DNA of 64,000 bases from Candidatus Pacearchaeota archaeon (GTDB taxonomy: Archaea; Nanobdellota; Nanobdellia; Pacearchaeales; GW2011-AR1). A program made the position numbers and the translations under genes. Below, in pieces: positions 55,574 to 64,000 of the stretch. The notes under the pieces were generated by a model. That model worked only from the letters and a program-made list of their open reading frames with translations. It did not search any database and had not been told where the DNA came from. How positions within the stretch are numbered: position 1 is the first letter of the stretch; each line of letters opens with the position of its first letter. The stretch is taken from assembly GCA_041659265.1 (NCBI GenBank), contig JBAZYP010000003.1:101221-165220 (forward strand). The letters run 5' to 3'.

Positions 55574-58500
55574 TTAAACTAGTTTATCAGCAGCATGTTT
55601 TTCTATACTTCCAACCTCTATAACCGTTGGAATAAGGTCTGGATTAATGATTATTATTTTATTATCAATGATTTCAATTTGTTTATTAGGATCATTAGAA
55701 CTTCCAAGAGTTATTATTCCATCATTAGATGGAACAAATACAGCCCCATCTTGACTGCCAAAATAATATTTTTCAGATTTATAGACAGTTCCAATTGTTA
55801 AAGGCTTTCCTGATTCTTTTGCATTATTTAATCCATAAACATATTGACTATAAATTCCAGATTTTTGGGCTTCAAGAGTTTCGGGTGCAAAACTATATCC
55901 ACTTTTTCCTCTATTCGTTTCAGTAGTAATAATTGGGTAATCTTTAACACTCTCCCTTCCATTTTCTTTCAGATAAGAATATAAATTTTTTGTAAAATCG
56001 TATGAATAGCATGAATCTATCATTATATTTAAATTAGATAAACTTTCCCCATTTTTTGATCTTTCAATTAATGAATCTCCCAGCTCTTGGAAACTGATTG
56101 CTAAAGGATTATTAAAATCATCTGATGTCTCACTGCCAATTTGTCCTTCCCCCAACCATTGATGTTCAGGCCCCCCATGATTATTGAAATATATTGTTGT
56201 AGACCCTTTGCTTTGTTCAATAGTTTCAAGAATTTTGGTTTTAGCTGCCGGGCCTTTTAATCCGCTTTTTATTGCTTCAGGTTTAACCCCTGAATCAGTA
56301 GCTAATTTAGTAAGTACATCTTCCTGGAATCTATAAACTCCCTCATCTCCGTTTGTTGTTGACCATCTCTCATCATTAGTTATAGGAATAAATGTATCTG
56401 TTTCAGGACCTAAAAGAACTCTGTCTTCATAATTTTTTCTATAATTCATTATTTCATTAGCAGTATTTTGAATATTTGTCTCTCCACTCTCTAAGCTTTT
56501 TTGTTCCAATCTTCGAGATATTGATAAAGCTATAGACCATTTTTCTTCACCTTCTAAACCTTCTGTTAAACTATTAAACTCCTTATTGGAATAGATTTCA
56601 GATAATGAATTTGAATCAAACCAGGGTTTATCGCTTTTTCTTACCATTAATTTTGCATATTCATTATAAACTTTTAAAAGATCTCTTGCAACAGTTGGTT
56701 CAAGATTAGTTACTGCTTGAGCAATATCAGTTGGAACTATTCCCCCTCCTTTTAAAAATGAAGCTGAATAATAATCAAAAAGCATATTTTGAAGATCTTC
56801 ATTTCCTTTTGATTGTTTAATTAGATTTATGAAATCTTCAGAATTTGTGATATCTCCTTTCATATTGTTTAATATTAGTGTCTTAATCTCATCATTTTTT
56901 GCATTTTCATAAGCATTTTTCAAAGAATCGCTTGTATAAAATCTGCTTGTTTCTAAAATTTTCATCTGGCTATCTGCATCCATTTTTCCAAATTCATCTA
57001 AATTCTCAATTCCATTAGCTTTTTGTTTAATCATTTTTTCAATTTCATCAAGATTTGGACTATTTTTTAAATGATCTCTAATAAGATCTATATCTTGATA
57101 TTCCAGATATCCTTCATATTTTTCTAATAATTTTTTCTGGACATCAAAACTATCTGCAGCAGTTATAAGATCAGCTACCATCCAGGAACTATATTTTTTT
57201 ATATCAACATTATCAATGATTCTTTTTTGTAAATCCGGATTATTTTTAGCCATAATAAAAATAAGATTATTGTATTTGGGTTCATAAAAAGTATTTAGGA
57301 CCTGATCAGCTAAAAAATTCTGTAAATCTGGTTTATCTATAAGATTCATAAAAGCAGAATCAAATAACATATTCATATTTATATTATTGAAATCTAATGT
57401 TTTTATATAAAGTTTTTTTAAATCTTCACTTTTTAGATTCTCAAGATTATTTAAAATTGCATTATTATCAATCTGTCCTATGGCTTTTCCATCAATGACC
57501 TCTCCTTTATAAAGCATCCAAGCTTCACTTTTTTCATCCTTTATTCCATACATATTTGCTATATTTGATTTTAAATTTGCTAGATTACCCTTAGCTATTG
57601 GAGCTTTATCTTTTGAAAATTCAAAACTAACTTTTTTTATTTTATTATTCTCTTTTGTTAAAAGTTCAAGATTTATTTTTGCAGCTTCATCAGCAACTTC
57701 TGGAATAATAATATTATCATAACTTCCATCTTTAGCAGATATTCCAATTTCATTAGTTTTAGATCTTACAACATTTGCTAAATTATTTTTTTTAGAAGTA
57801 GTGATTTTTAGATCTCCATTATATTCTATCCTATTCATTTCTATATTTTCTTGATCAGGGCATTTTCCATTAGGGCATATTTCTGTCGGTTCTTTAAGTG
57901 TGAATTTTGTTTCTTTATTATTGATAAAAACCCCTGTTTTTCCTTCATTTGGAGAGAATATCATCCTTTTTCCATTTTCTTCAATATCTATCCAACCCTC
58001 GCTAAATCTTCCAACTATCTTTCCATCAGGTCCGGTTATAACACTTTCTTTATCAGAACGGACCCCTTCATATACAATAGCGAAAGATCCATCTTTTGAT
58101 GTTGAATATTTAAAACCATCATAGAATACATCTTTACCCTTTGCGGTGAATATATCTCCAGTGTCTCTATTATAATTTTTTATATTGCCACTAAAACTAT
58201 GGCTATTGATAAAACTCCCTTTTTTTAATTCAACATTATCTAAAATAACTTCGCCATCAAATATTGTCACCTTTGCACCTTTGTTGAATACATATGTATC
58301 TGGATTTTCTTTTTTTCCTTTATTTATCAAATCTTTAATAATCCCTCCTTCAGGAAATTCAATTATCATCTTTCCTTTAACTTTTGATACATCAATTGGT
58401 TTGGTTGATCCTGTTTTTTTAACAATTAGCTTATGATCAGATAAAATATCTATATCCGGATCTTCAAAATTATTCTGATCAAGTAATAATCCTAGTTTTG

Positions 58501-58594
58501 TCAATTGATTGAATTTCTCACTATTATTGCCTTCTTGAGCAGCAATAATATTAATGGAGATTATTATAAAAATAAAAATGAATATTTTCTTCAT
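55574..58594 (-). CDS. 1006-aa secreted protein with a C-terminal clan-CD cysteine-peptidase-like region (C11/C13-like His-Gly ... Cys dyad)
   Basis: Signal peptide MKKIFIFIFIIISINIIAAQ. C-terminal NNHGGPEHQW ...(about 50 aa)... IMIDSCYSYD resembles the HG ... D(A/S)C dyad of clostripain and legumain. Confidence 0.45.
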   Translation of the reverse strand: MKKIFIFIFIIISINIIAAQEGNNSEKFNQLTKLGLLLDQNNFEDPDIDILSDHKLIVKKTGSTKPIDVSKVKGKMIIEFPEGGIIKDLINKGKKENPDTYVFNKGAKVTIFDGEVILDNVELKKGSFINSHSFSGNIKNYNRDTGDIFTAKGKDVFYDGFKYSTSKDGSFAIVYEGVRSDKESVITGPDGKIVGRFSEGWIDIEENGKRMIFSPNEGKTGVFINNKETKFTLKEPTEICPNGKCPDQENIEMNRIEYNGDLKITTSKKNNLANVVRSKTNEIGISAKDGSYDNIIIPEVADEAAKINLELLTKENNKIKKVSFEFSKDKAPIAKGNLANLKSNIANMYGIKDEKSEAWMLYKGEVIDGKAIGQIDNNAILNNLENLKSEDLKKLYIKTLDFNNINMNMLFDSAFMNLIDKPDLQNFLADQVLNTFYEPKYNNLIFIMAKNNPDLQKRIIDNVDIKKYSSWMVADLITAADSFDVQKKLLEKYEGYLEYQDIDLIRDHLKNSPNLDEIEKMIKQKANGIENLDEFGKMDADSQMKILETSRFYTSDSLKNAYENAKNDEIKTLILNNMKGDITNSEDFINLIKQSKGNEDLQNMLFDYYSASFLKGGGIVPTDIAQAVTNLEPTVARDLLKVYNEYAKLMVRKSDKPWFDSNSLSEIYSNKEFNSLTEGLEGEEKWSIALSISRRLEQKSLESGETNIQNTANEIMNYRKNYEDRVLLGPETDTFIPITNDERWSTTNGDEGVYRFQEDVLTKLATDSGVKPEAIKSGLKGPAAKTKILETIEQSKGSTTIYFNNHGGPEHQWLGEGQIGSETSDDFNNPLAISFQELGDSLIERSKNGESLSNLNIMIDSCYSYDFTKNLYSYLKENGRESVKDYPIITTETNRGKSGYSFAPETLEAQKSGIYSQYVYGLNNAKESGKPLTIGTVYKSEKYYFGSQDGAVFVPSNDGIITLGSSNDPNKQIEIIDNKIIIINPDLIPTVIEVGSIEKHAADKLV

Positions 58595-59640
58595 GTTGAT
58601 GTTAAATTAAACCCCGTTTCAATAGTTTTTTCAATATTAATATACAAAATAAAAATTTCTTCATTACCTTTATTATCAATTGCTTTAATCAATATCTCAT
58701 GTTCTCCACTATCTTCTGGACCAGGAGTGAATTCAATTTTTCCAGAATTTTCATCTATATCAAATAAACCAGTATAATCTTCAAATCTTATATTACTTCC
58801 ATTAGCTTTAACTTGATAACTAAATTTTTTATTTGTATAAGCATTTAATAAGGGAGCATTTTCAAATGAAATTAAACTACTTTCATTATATGTAGGTATT
58901 ATATCAATCCATTTATATTTAGCTCCAAAATTATATATTATTGTATTATTTTTTCCTAGTATTTCTGGAAAAATAAATGAATACACTAGTTCATTTTCAG
59001 TTATATAATTAATATTATATAAAAATTCTTTTTCATTAGCAATTAAAGACAAATATCCAATTGGAATATGATCTGGATTTTTTTGATGCTCCAAAGCAAA
59101 TTGATTTATTATATTATCTATTTTTTCAAAATCTAATGGATTTGAATATGAAAAATCTTTAATCAGGATATTTTTATTGTCTTTACTAACCGTTATTGGG
59201 TAATTAATTTTTAAAATTGATTCTTTACCTAAAGTGGTTTTTAATATTATTTCTTTTTTTTCAAATTTATAACCTTGATTTTCATAATGTGAGAAATTTA
59301 AGCATTTTGGAAGTTCTTTTATTATATATTTTGATAATTCATTTTCAATAGTCTTTTTATCAGGAACTTTTGTTTCCCCCTCCTTAAAATAATAAGGTAT
59401 GCTAAACATCATAAAATTAACAGATTCTTTTGGAGCTTCATAATATCCTCCTTGAAAAAGAATATATCTTATCCCTTCTTTAAAAGTTATATCAATACAC
59501 TCATTTATCCTTTGATTTATGGGATTAGTTATTTCATTATTTTTATTGCTATTATTTTTTAAAACTAAAAATATTATTAGAGAAATAAAAACTATAATTC
59601 CAATTATAATAAATACACTCAACTGCCCCCTTTTATCCAT
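58591..59640 (-). CDS. Membrane-anchored extracellular protein with a C-terminal cadherin-like/He_PIG-type Ig domain
   Basis: N-terminal TM LSVFIIIGIIVFISLIIFLVL. C-terminal FSYQVKANGSNIRFEDYTGLFDIDENSGKIEFTPGPEDSGEHEILIKAIDNKGN. 4-nt overlap with the downstream gene. Confidence 0.4.
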   Translation of the reverse strand: MDKRGQLSVFIIIGIIVFISLIIFLVLKNNSNKNNEITNPINQRINECIDITFKEGIRYILFQGGYYEAPKESVNFMMFSIPYYFKEGETKVPDKKTIENELSKYIIKELPKCLNFSHYENQGYKFEKKEIILKTTLGKESILKINYPITVSKDNKNILIKDFSYSNPLDFEKIDNIINQFALEHQKNPDHIPIGYLSLIANEKEFLYNINYITENELVYSFIFPEILGKNNTIIYNFGAKYKWIDIIPTYNESSLISFENAPLLNAYTNKKFSYQVKANGSNIRFEDYTGLFDIDENSGKIEFTPGPEDSGEHEILIKAIDNKGNEEIFILYINIEKTIETGFNLTST

Positions 59641-59701
59641 TATTATACGAGATATTTATTATATATAAAGATTTTTAAATATCATTTTTTATTTTATTAT
59701 T

Positions 59702-59989
59702 ATGGATGATATTTTGGCTTTAATTGAAGCACAAAAAAATGAATTGAAAAAGAGATTTAATGATCATGCTTTAGCTAATAATATTAGTTTAAATAATGAT
59801 TCTCTAGTTGTAGATGAACTTATAGATAAATTAATGGTTAGAAAAAGGAAATTTGGTGATTTATACTGCCCTTGCAGGTTTGTTACAGGCGATGAAACAA
59901 AAAATAAGGAGATTATTTGTCCATGCATATTCCATTTAGAGGATATTAATGCTAAGGGTTCTTGTTTATGCGGATTATTTATTAACTAG
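59702..59989 (+). CDS. Ferredoxin-thioredoxin reductase catalytic-subunit-like protein (CPC ... CPC ... CxC)
   Basis: CPCRFVTGDETKNKEIICPCIFHLEDINAKGSCLCGLF. Confidence 0.5.
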   Translation: MDDILALIEAQKNELKKRFNDHALANNISLNNDSLVVDELIDKLMVRKRKFGDLYCPCRFVTGDETKNKEIICPCIFHLEDINAKGSCLCGLFIN

Positions 59990-60006
59990 GAAATTATCAT
60001 AATAAT

Positions 60007-61182
60007 ATGGCATTTTTTGATTTTTTAAAGAAAAAAGTTGAGATAGTAAAAGAAACCATTCATTTTGCTGATATTCCTAATTGGATTGATAAATCCAATA
60101 AAGAATTTAAAATAAAGGATAATGTTATTTCTCAAGAAATAACTTTAAGGTTAAAAACTCTCATTATAAATTTAGAAGAAAATATTCCTGTAATAAAAAA
60201 TATAGATTTATCTAAAAAAAAGATTGAAGATAGGGTTAGATTTATAGTAAAAGAAAATCTTGATAAATATATTGAAAATCTTGAAAGATTCATATCTAAT
60301 CTTAGGGATATTTCAGAATATAATACAGATTCTTTGATAAAAAAAATTAATTTTACTGTTTTTTCTTTTGAAGATAGAACTAAACTTCAATATGAAAAAG
60401 CCACTTATTTAATTGGTGAAGATTTGGAAAAAATTAAAAAGGAAATTTCCAATTTTTTTAAGGATACAAAAGTGATTCTAGAAGTTAATAAATCAACTCT
60501 TGAAATGTTTAAGGCAATTGGAGATATAGAAATAATTTTAATTAAAATTAAACAGCAAGAATCTTTGGAAAAACATTCCGAAGAAATTATTGAAGAAGCT
60601 AATAAAGAGATAGCAAAAATAAATAAATCAATAGAAGATATTGTTAAGAAAATTTCTGAAGTTAAATCTTCTGAGTTATATTCAAATGAAAAGAAAATTA
60701 GGCAAGATATTGATTTAAAAAATTATGAACTTGAAAAAGATATAATATCCTTAAGAGAATTTATAGATTTTAAGTCTCTTATTAAGTCCTATCATACTGA
60801 TTCAAAAAAAATGGAGATAATTAAGGATTATAAGGATGATTTCAAGGAAAATTTTAAAAAAGACAAATTAGAAAAAATCCTTTATTTATTGATAGGAATA
60901 AATATAGAAACAAAAAATATTAATGATAAGATTAAAGCAATAAATGAAAAAAAAGATAATATTCTAGAGTTTGAGAAAAATATCTCTAAAGAATCTCAAT
61001 TTGAAAAAGTCATTATTTATGAAAAAGATACAAAAAGCCTTTTAGTTCAAATTGAAGATATAAAAGAAGAAATTGATAGGGAAAAAAACAAATTATCAAA
61101 ATTTAAAATAGATAAGCTTGAAGCAATGCATTCTTTAGAAAATGAGTTCTCTAAGATAAATTATCAAGTTATTTATACTTAG
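60007..61182 (+). CDS. K/E-rich coiled-coil protein, 391 aa
   Basis: Heptad-like K/E/I-rich composition throughout. Confidence 0.4.
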   Translation: MAFFDFLKKKVEIVKETIHFADIPNWIDKSNKEFKIKDNVISQEITLRLKTLIINLEENIPVIKNIDLSKKKIEDRVRFIVKENLDKYIENLERFISNLRDISEYNTDSLIKKINFTVFSFEDRTKLQYEKATYLIGEDLEKIKKEISNFFKDTKVILEVNKSTLEMFKAIGDIEIILIKIKQQESLEKHSEEIIEEANKEIAKINKSIEDIVKKISEVKSSELYSNEKKIRQDIDLKNYELEKDIISLREFIDFKSLIKSYHTDSKKMEIIKDYKDDFKENFKKDKLEKILYLLIGINIETKNINDKIKAINEKKDNILEFEKNISKESQFEKVIIYEKDTKSLLVQIEDIKEEIDREKNKLSKFKIDKLEAMHSLENEFSKINYQVIYT

Positions 61183-61270
61183 GATTTTTTTTTATAATCT
61201 CTTATTTTTAACTTTATAGAAAAATTTTTTTAAGAAAGTTTTAAAACATCTTACTTCTTGATAGATTATT

Positions 61271-62077
61271 ATGACAAATAAAAAAGGAGTAGCCTTAGTT
61301 CTAGGCGGAGGTACAGCTAGAGGCCTAGCTCATATTGGCGTTCTAGAGGTTTTAGAAGAGAATCACGTGAAAATTGATGCTATTGTTGGAACAAGTATGG
61401 GTGCACTTATTGGAGGGTTATATGCTTCAGGAGATCTTAATAAATTCAAGGAAAAAATGATAAAATTATCTAAAAACAAGATTTCTTTGTTCTTTATGAC
61501 TAAAAAACTTAAATCCATGAAAAATATTTCAGATTCAGCTATGGATGATTTCTTAAAAGATATTATGAAAGATAAAAAAATAGAAAAATTGCCAATAGAT
61601 TATACTGCTATTGCTACAGATATTGATTCAGGTGAAGAAGTTTATCTTAAGGAAGGTAGTTTATTAAAAGCAATTTCCGCAAGCACTTGCATTCCAGGAG
61701 TTTTTAAGCCTGTTTTTTTAAATAATCGGTATTTAGTTGATGGAGGTGTTGTTGACCCCCTGCCTCAAAAATATGCTTCAGAAATCGCAACTAAAATTAT
61801 AATTGTAAACGCAATGCCAAAAGAATACAAATATGCTAGAGAATCTAATGATGTTTTTGAAGTATTATCAAAAGCAACTTCAATAATGGCTAATACTTTA
61901 TTAAATCTAAAAAATATTATAAATATTCAAGCTAATAAGGATGATTATGTATTTATTCAATTAGAAACTGATAAGATAGGTCCTTTTGATTTTTCAGATG
62001 TTCAAGGTTTAATTGATTTAGGCAGAAAAGAAGCTAAAAAAATGCTTCCAAAAATTTTAGAACTTGTTAAAGAATAA
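61271..62077 (+). CDS. Patatin-like phospholipase
   Basis: Oxyanion GGGTARG, nucleophile elbow GTSMG, catalytic Asp in VDGGVVD. Confidence 0.85.
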   Translation: MTNKKGVALVLGGGTARGLAHIGVLEVLEENHVKIDAIVGTSMGALIGGLYASGDLNKFKEKMIKLSKNKISLFFMTKKLKSMKNISDSAMDDFLKDIMKDKKIEKLPIDYTAIATDIDSGEEVYLKEGSLLKAISASTCIPGVFKPVFLNNRYLVDGGVVDPLPQKYASEIATKIIIVNAMPKEYKYARESNDVFEVLSKATSIMANTLLNLKNIINIQANKDDYVFIQLETDKIGPFDFSDVQGLIDLGRKEAKKMLPKILELVKE

Positions 62078-62079
62078 AC

Positions 62080-64000
62080 TTATCTTTTCTTTTTCTTAGT
62101 TTTAACTTGTTCTTGTTGATGCATTTTATTTTTGTAAACCTGAGCTAAAATAAACATTATTACTATAAGTGCAAGGGAAACAATATTAAGCACAATAAAT
62201 AATGGAATATTGCTTTTTTTAGGTTTAGGTGCAGATGTAGTTGATTTTTTTGTTTCTAGTTTTATAGCTTCATTTGCAGTTACTTCCTTAATCTCAGTTT
62301 TTTCATTCTTACATTCACCAATATTAACCTTATATTCATTGGTTGTAACAATTCCTTCGTAAATTATGCTTGTTTTAAAAGTATAACTATTTGCTTTTGT
62401 TTTTTCAGGAATTTTAAAACTAAATGTTTTTTTGAAATTATCATCTTCATCATAACTTTCTAGTTTGAAAAATTCTGTTTTTTCATTAATATTTAAATTA
62501 GTATTTTCAATTTTTAATTGAGTCATAGCTGTTGATTTTCCATAATTTTTTACTATAACATTAACATCCAAATAATCTCCGCAAACAGCTCCTTCTAATG
62601 GAGTTATATCAAATGTTTCTATCCTAACATCATTGCTTTTTCTTGTTACATCGATAGTAACAAAAGCACTATTGTAATATTTTCTTTTTCCATCTTCTTT
62701 AGCAATTGCTCTAAAAAAGACAACATAATTCCTATCTTCATTTGCATCTTCATCTACTTTTAGATTCATATTAATGGTTTTAATTCTATTATCAGATATT
62801 CTTACATCTAATTCTTCTTTAACCATTACTTTTTCCTTATCAATATCATAAATATAACCTTCTATTACAAAGGACTTTTCATCATCAAATTGATTTTCAA
62901 TTTCAACTTCTGCTTCTATTGTTTCACCAGTATCAACTGATTCCCATGAAACAGGCTGTTTTATATTTACTTTAATTAAATCTGATTTTTCTATTGAATA
63001 ATTCTTTATTGCGCTAAATCTAGGTGGTGCTTTTGTGCATGTTGAAGCACAGCATCTTGCTGAATCATAAACGCCTAGGAAATCTTCAGAACATGTTTGA
63101 TTTTCAAAGCAAATATTTCCATTAACTTCACTGCAAGAGAATTCATTTATATTTCCAGAAACAATATTCCATGTATGACTAGCATTAAATTCTCCATCAC
63201 TATTATATGCTTTTAAGGTATATGATCCTTTTGTTAGATTAATAGTTTGGCTGCTTCCTTCACCGAATCTTTCATCATCAAGATACCAAATTACATTAAT
63301 TGGACTATCAGAATCAGCAATAAATATAGTAAATCTTGTGGGTACATTAGCAATTATTTTAGAACTATCTGATTTTGGAAAATAATCTTTAATTACAGGA
63401 GCATCATTAATATTATATATTTGTGTAACAAATAATTTTTCAGTATATCCGCCTAATGAATCACTAGCTCTAATCAAGCATGATGCAGGACCATAATAGT
63501 CTTTTGTTGAAACATAGGTTAGAATATTATCTTCAAAAGAACAATTTAGATTATCTTGTCTTTCAATTGAAAATATTATTTCTTGATTTTCAGGATCAAT
63601 TGCTTCTAATTCACAACTATATTGATTATCTTCAAAAATATCATCCTGACAAGTCATGTTTCCAATTACAGGAGGTTTATCTTTATATGCAACGTTTAGT
63701 ATCACATCATTAGATTCTTTAATATATTCATTATCACTTGCACTAAATCTTACAGTTTCACTTCCAGACCAAGTAGGATCATTAGTAAAACTTACTATTC
63801 CATTATTGATTTCTATAATTATTTCATTATTTCCACTAACATTGAATTTAATAGGACTATCAACATCTTTGAAAAAATCATTTAGATCAAATGCTTCAAG
63901 TAGATTTTCACCCTCATTCCAGGTGAAATCTGGAATATCTTCTTCAAAACTAGGTTCATCATTAACAGGTTTAACTAAAACATTTATATCATTACTAACT
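62080..64000 (-). CDS. Surface/adhesin-like protein with C-terminal TM and K-rich tail. The reading frame remains open upstream to the window edge, so it is 5'-partial here and longer than the 541 aa in the ORF track.
   Basis: C-terminus PLFIVLNIVSLALIVIMFILA + KKKKR. Manual minus-strand translation of 63706-64000 shows no stop (...DEPSFEEDIPDFTWNEGENLLEAFDLNDFFKDVDSPIKFNVSGNNEIIIEINNG...). The ORF-track start at 63705 is a GTG. Confidence 0.45.
   Translation of the reverse strand, partial: VSNDINVLVKPVNDEPSFEEDIPDFTWNEGENLLEAFDLNDFFKDVDSPIKFNVSGNNEIIIEINNGIVSFTNDPTWSGSETVRFSASDNEYIKESNDVILNVAYKDKPPVIGNMTCQDDIFEDNQYSCELEAIDPENQEIIFSIERQDNLNCSFEDNILTYVSTKDYYGPASCLIRASDSLGGYTEKLFVTQIYNINDAPVIKDYFPKSDSSKIIANVPTRFTIFIADSDSPINVIWYLDDERFGEGSSQTINLTKGSYTLKAYNSDGEFNASHTWNIVSGNINEFSCSEVNGNICFENQTCSEDFLGVYDSARCCASTCTKAPPRFSAIKNYSIEKSDLIKVNIKQPVSWESVDTGETIEAEVEIENQFDDEKSFVIEGYIYDIDKEKVMVKEELDVRISDNRIKTINMNLKVDEDANEDRNYVVFFRAIAKEDGKRKYYNSAFVTIDVTRKSNDVRIETFDITPLEGAVCGDYLDVNVIVKNYGKSTAMTQLKIENTNLNINEKTEFFKLESYDEDDNFKKTFSFKIPEKTKANSYTFKTSIIYEGIVTTNEYKVNIGECKNEKTEIKEVTANEAIKLETKKSTTSAPKPKKSNIPLFIVLNIVSLALIVIMFILAQVYKNKMHQQEQVKTKKKKR

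Noticed and set aside
1-64000. Integrase, transposase, IS element or prophage structural genes
   Set aside because: No HTH-DDE, tyrosine/serine recombinase, capsid, terminase or portal-like motifs were seen in any frame. The accessory-looking blocks therefore lack an identifiable mobility gene within this window.
1-64000. rRNA genes
   Set aside because: No GC-rich stretches resembling 16S/23S/5S conserved regions. All long non-coding gaps are AT-rich promoter-like DNA.

Overview
This is a very AT-rich, gene-dense 64 kb window that most likely comes from a small-genome archaeon of the DPANN type. The archaeal call rests on adjacent archaeal/eukaryal-type ribosomal protein genes L35Ae and L10e with a TATA box about 20 nt before the start codon (leaderless arrangement), a tRNA-Val, a 2468-aa Cys-rich secreted giant protein, and many short overlapping genes. 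Several bacterial-type genes are mixed in: lgt, a patatin-like phospholipase gene, lemA, htpX and a MoxR-DUF58-vWA operon. I see no rRNA, no CRISPR array and no integrase or transposase.

Recognisable content:
- a MoxR AAA+ / DUF58 / vWA(BatA-like) / DUF4129-like four-gene operon;
- an NYN-domain protein and tRNA-Val(UAC), with an adjacent tRNA 3'-end-like fragment;
- a YjjX/DUF84-type NTPase;
- two MazF/PemK toxin genes with different antitoxin types (AbrB-like and RHH-like), each with a perfect palindromic operator;
- a wHTH + nucleotidyltransferase-fold pair (AbiE-like) with a palindromic operator;
- LemA, a GlgC-like NDP-sugar pyrophosphorylase, a GH77 4-alpha-glucanotransferase, PRPP synthetase, a sugar-phosphate isomerase-like TIM barrel and an FTR-like CPC/CPC/CxC protein;
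- a 1006-aa secreted protein with a C-terminal clan-CD (C11/C13-like) peptidase-like region, and several surface/adhesin-like proteins; the last one (62080..>64000) runs off the window.

Three things look most worth follow-up.
1. A tightly overlapping minus-strand operon (42752..49040) encodes an HD(-GYP-like) hydrolase, a radical SAM enzyme, six tandem paralogous small two-TM proteins, an ICMT-family methyltransferase, a membrane protein and a clear Lgt (prolipoprotein diacylglyceryl transferase) homolog. Each small paralog carries a lipobox-like V-G-[SA]-C motif after a K-rich N-terminus and ends in a conserved KKYG tail. This could be an undescribed lipoprotein or peptide lipidation/modification system.
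2. An 11-gene overlapping minus-strand operon (11715..21300) combines an HTH-repeat protein, a PD-(D/E)xK nuclease-like large protein, two HExxH metallopeptidase-like proteins, a JAB/MPN (JAMM) protein, a SAM methyltransferase and a GNAT, along with small proteins. It matches no defence or modification system I recognise.
3. There is a recurrent pattern of 87-91 bp tandem duplications that span the stop codons and 3' ends of unrelated genes (the 601-aa NTase gene, lemA, prs and possibly a Zn-finger gene), some carrying palindromic hairpins.

All functional calls come from motif-level reading of the six-frame ORF track. No database search was possible.
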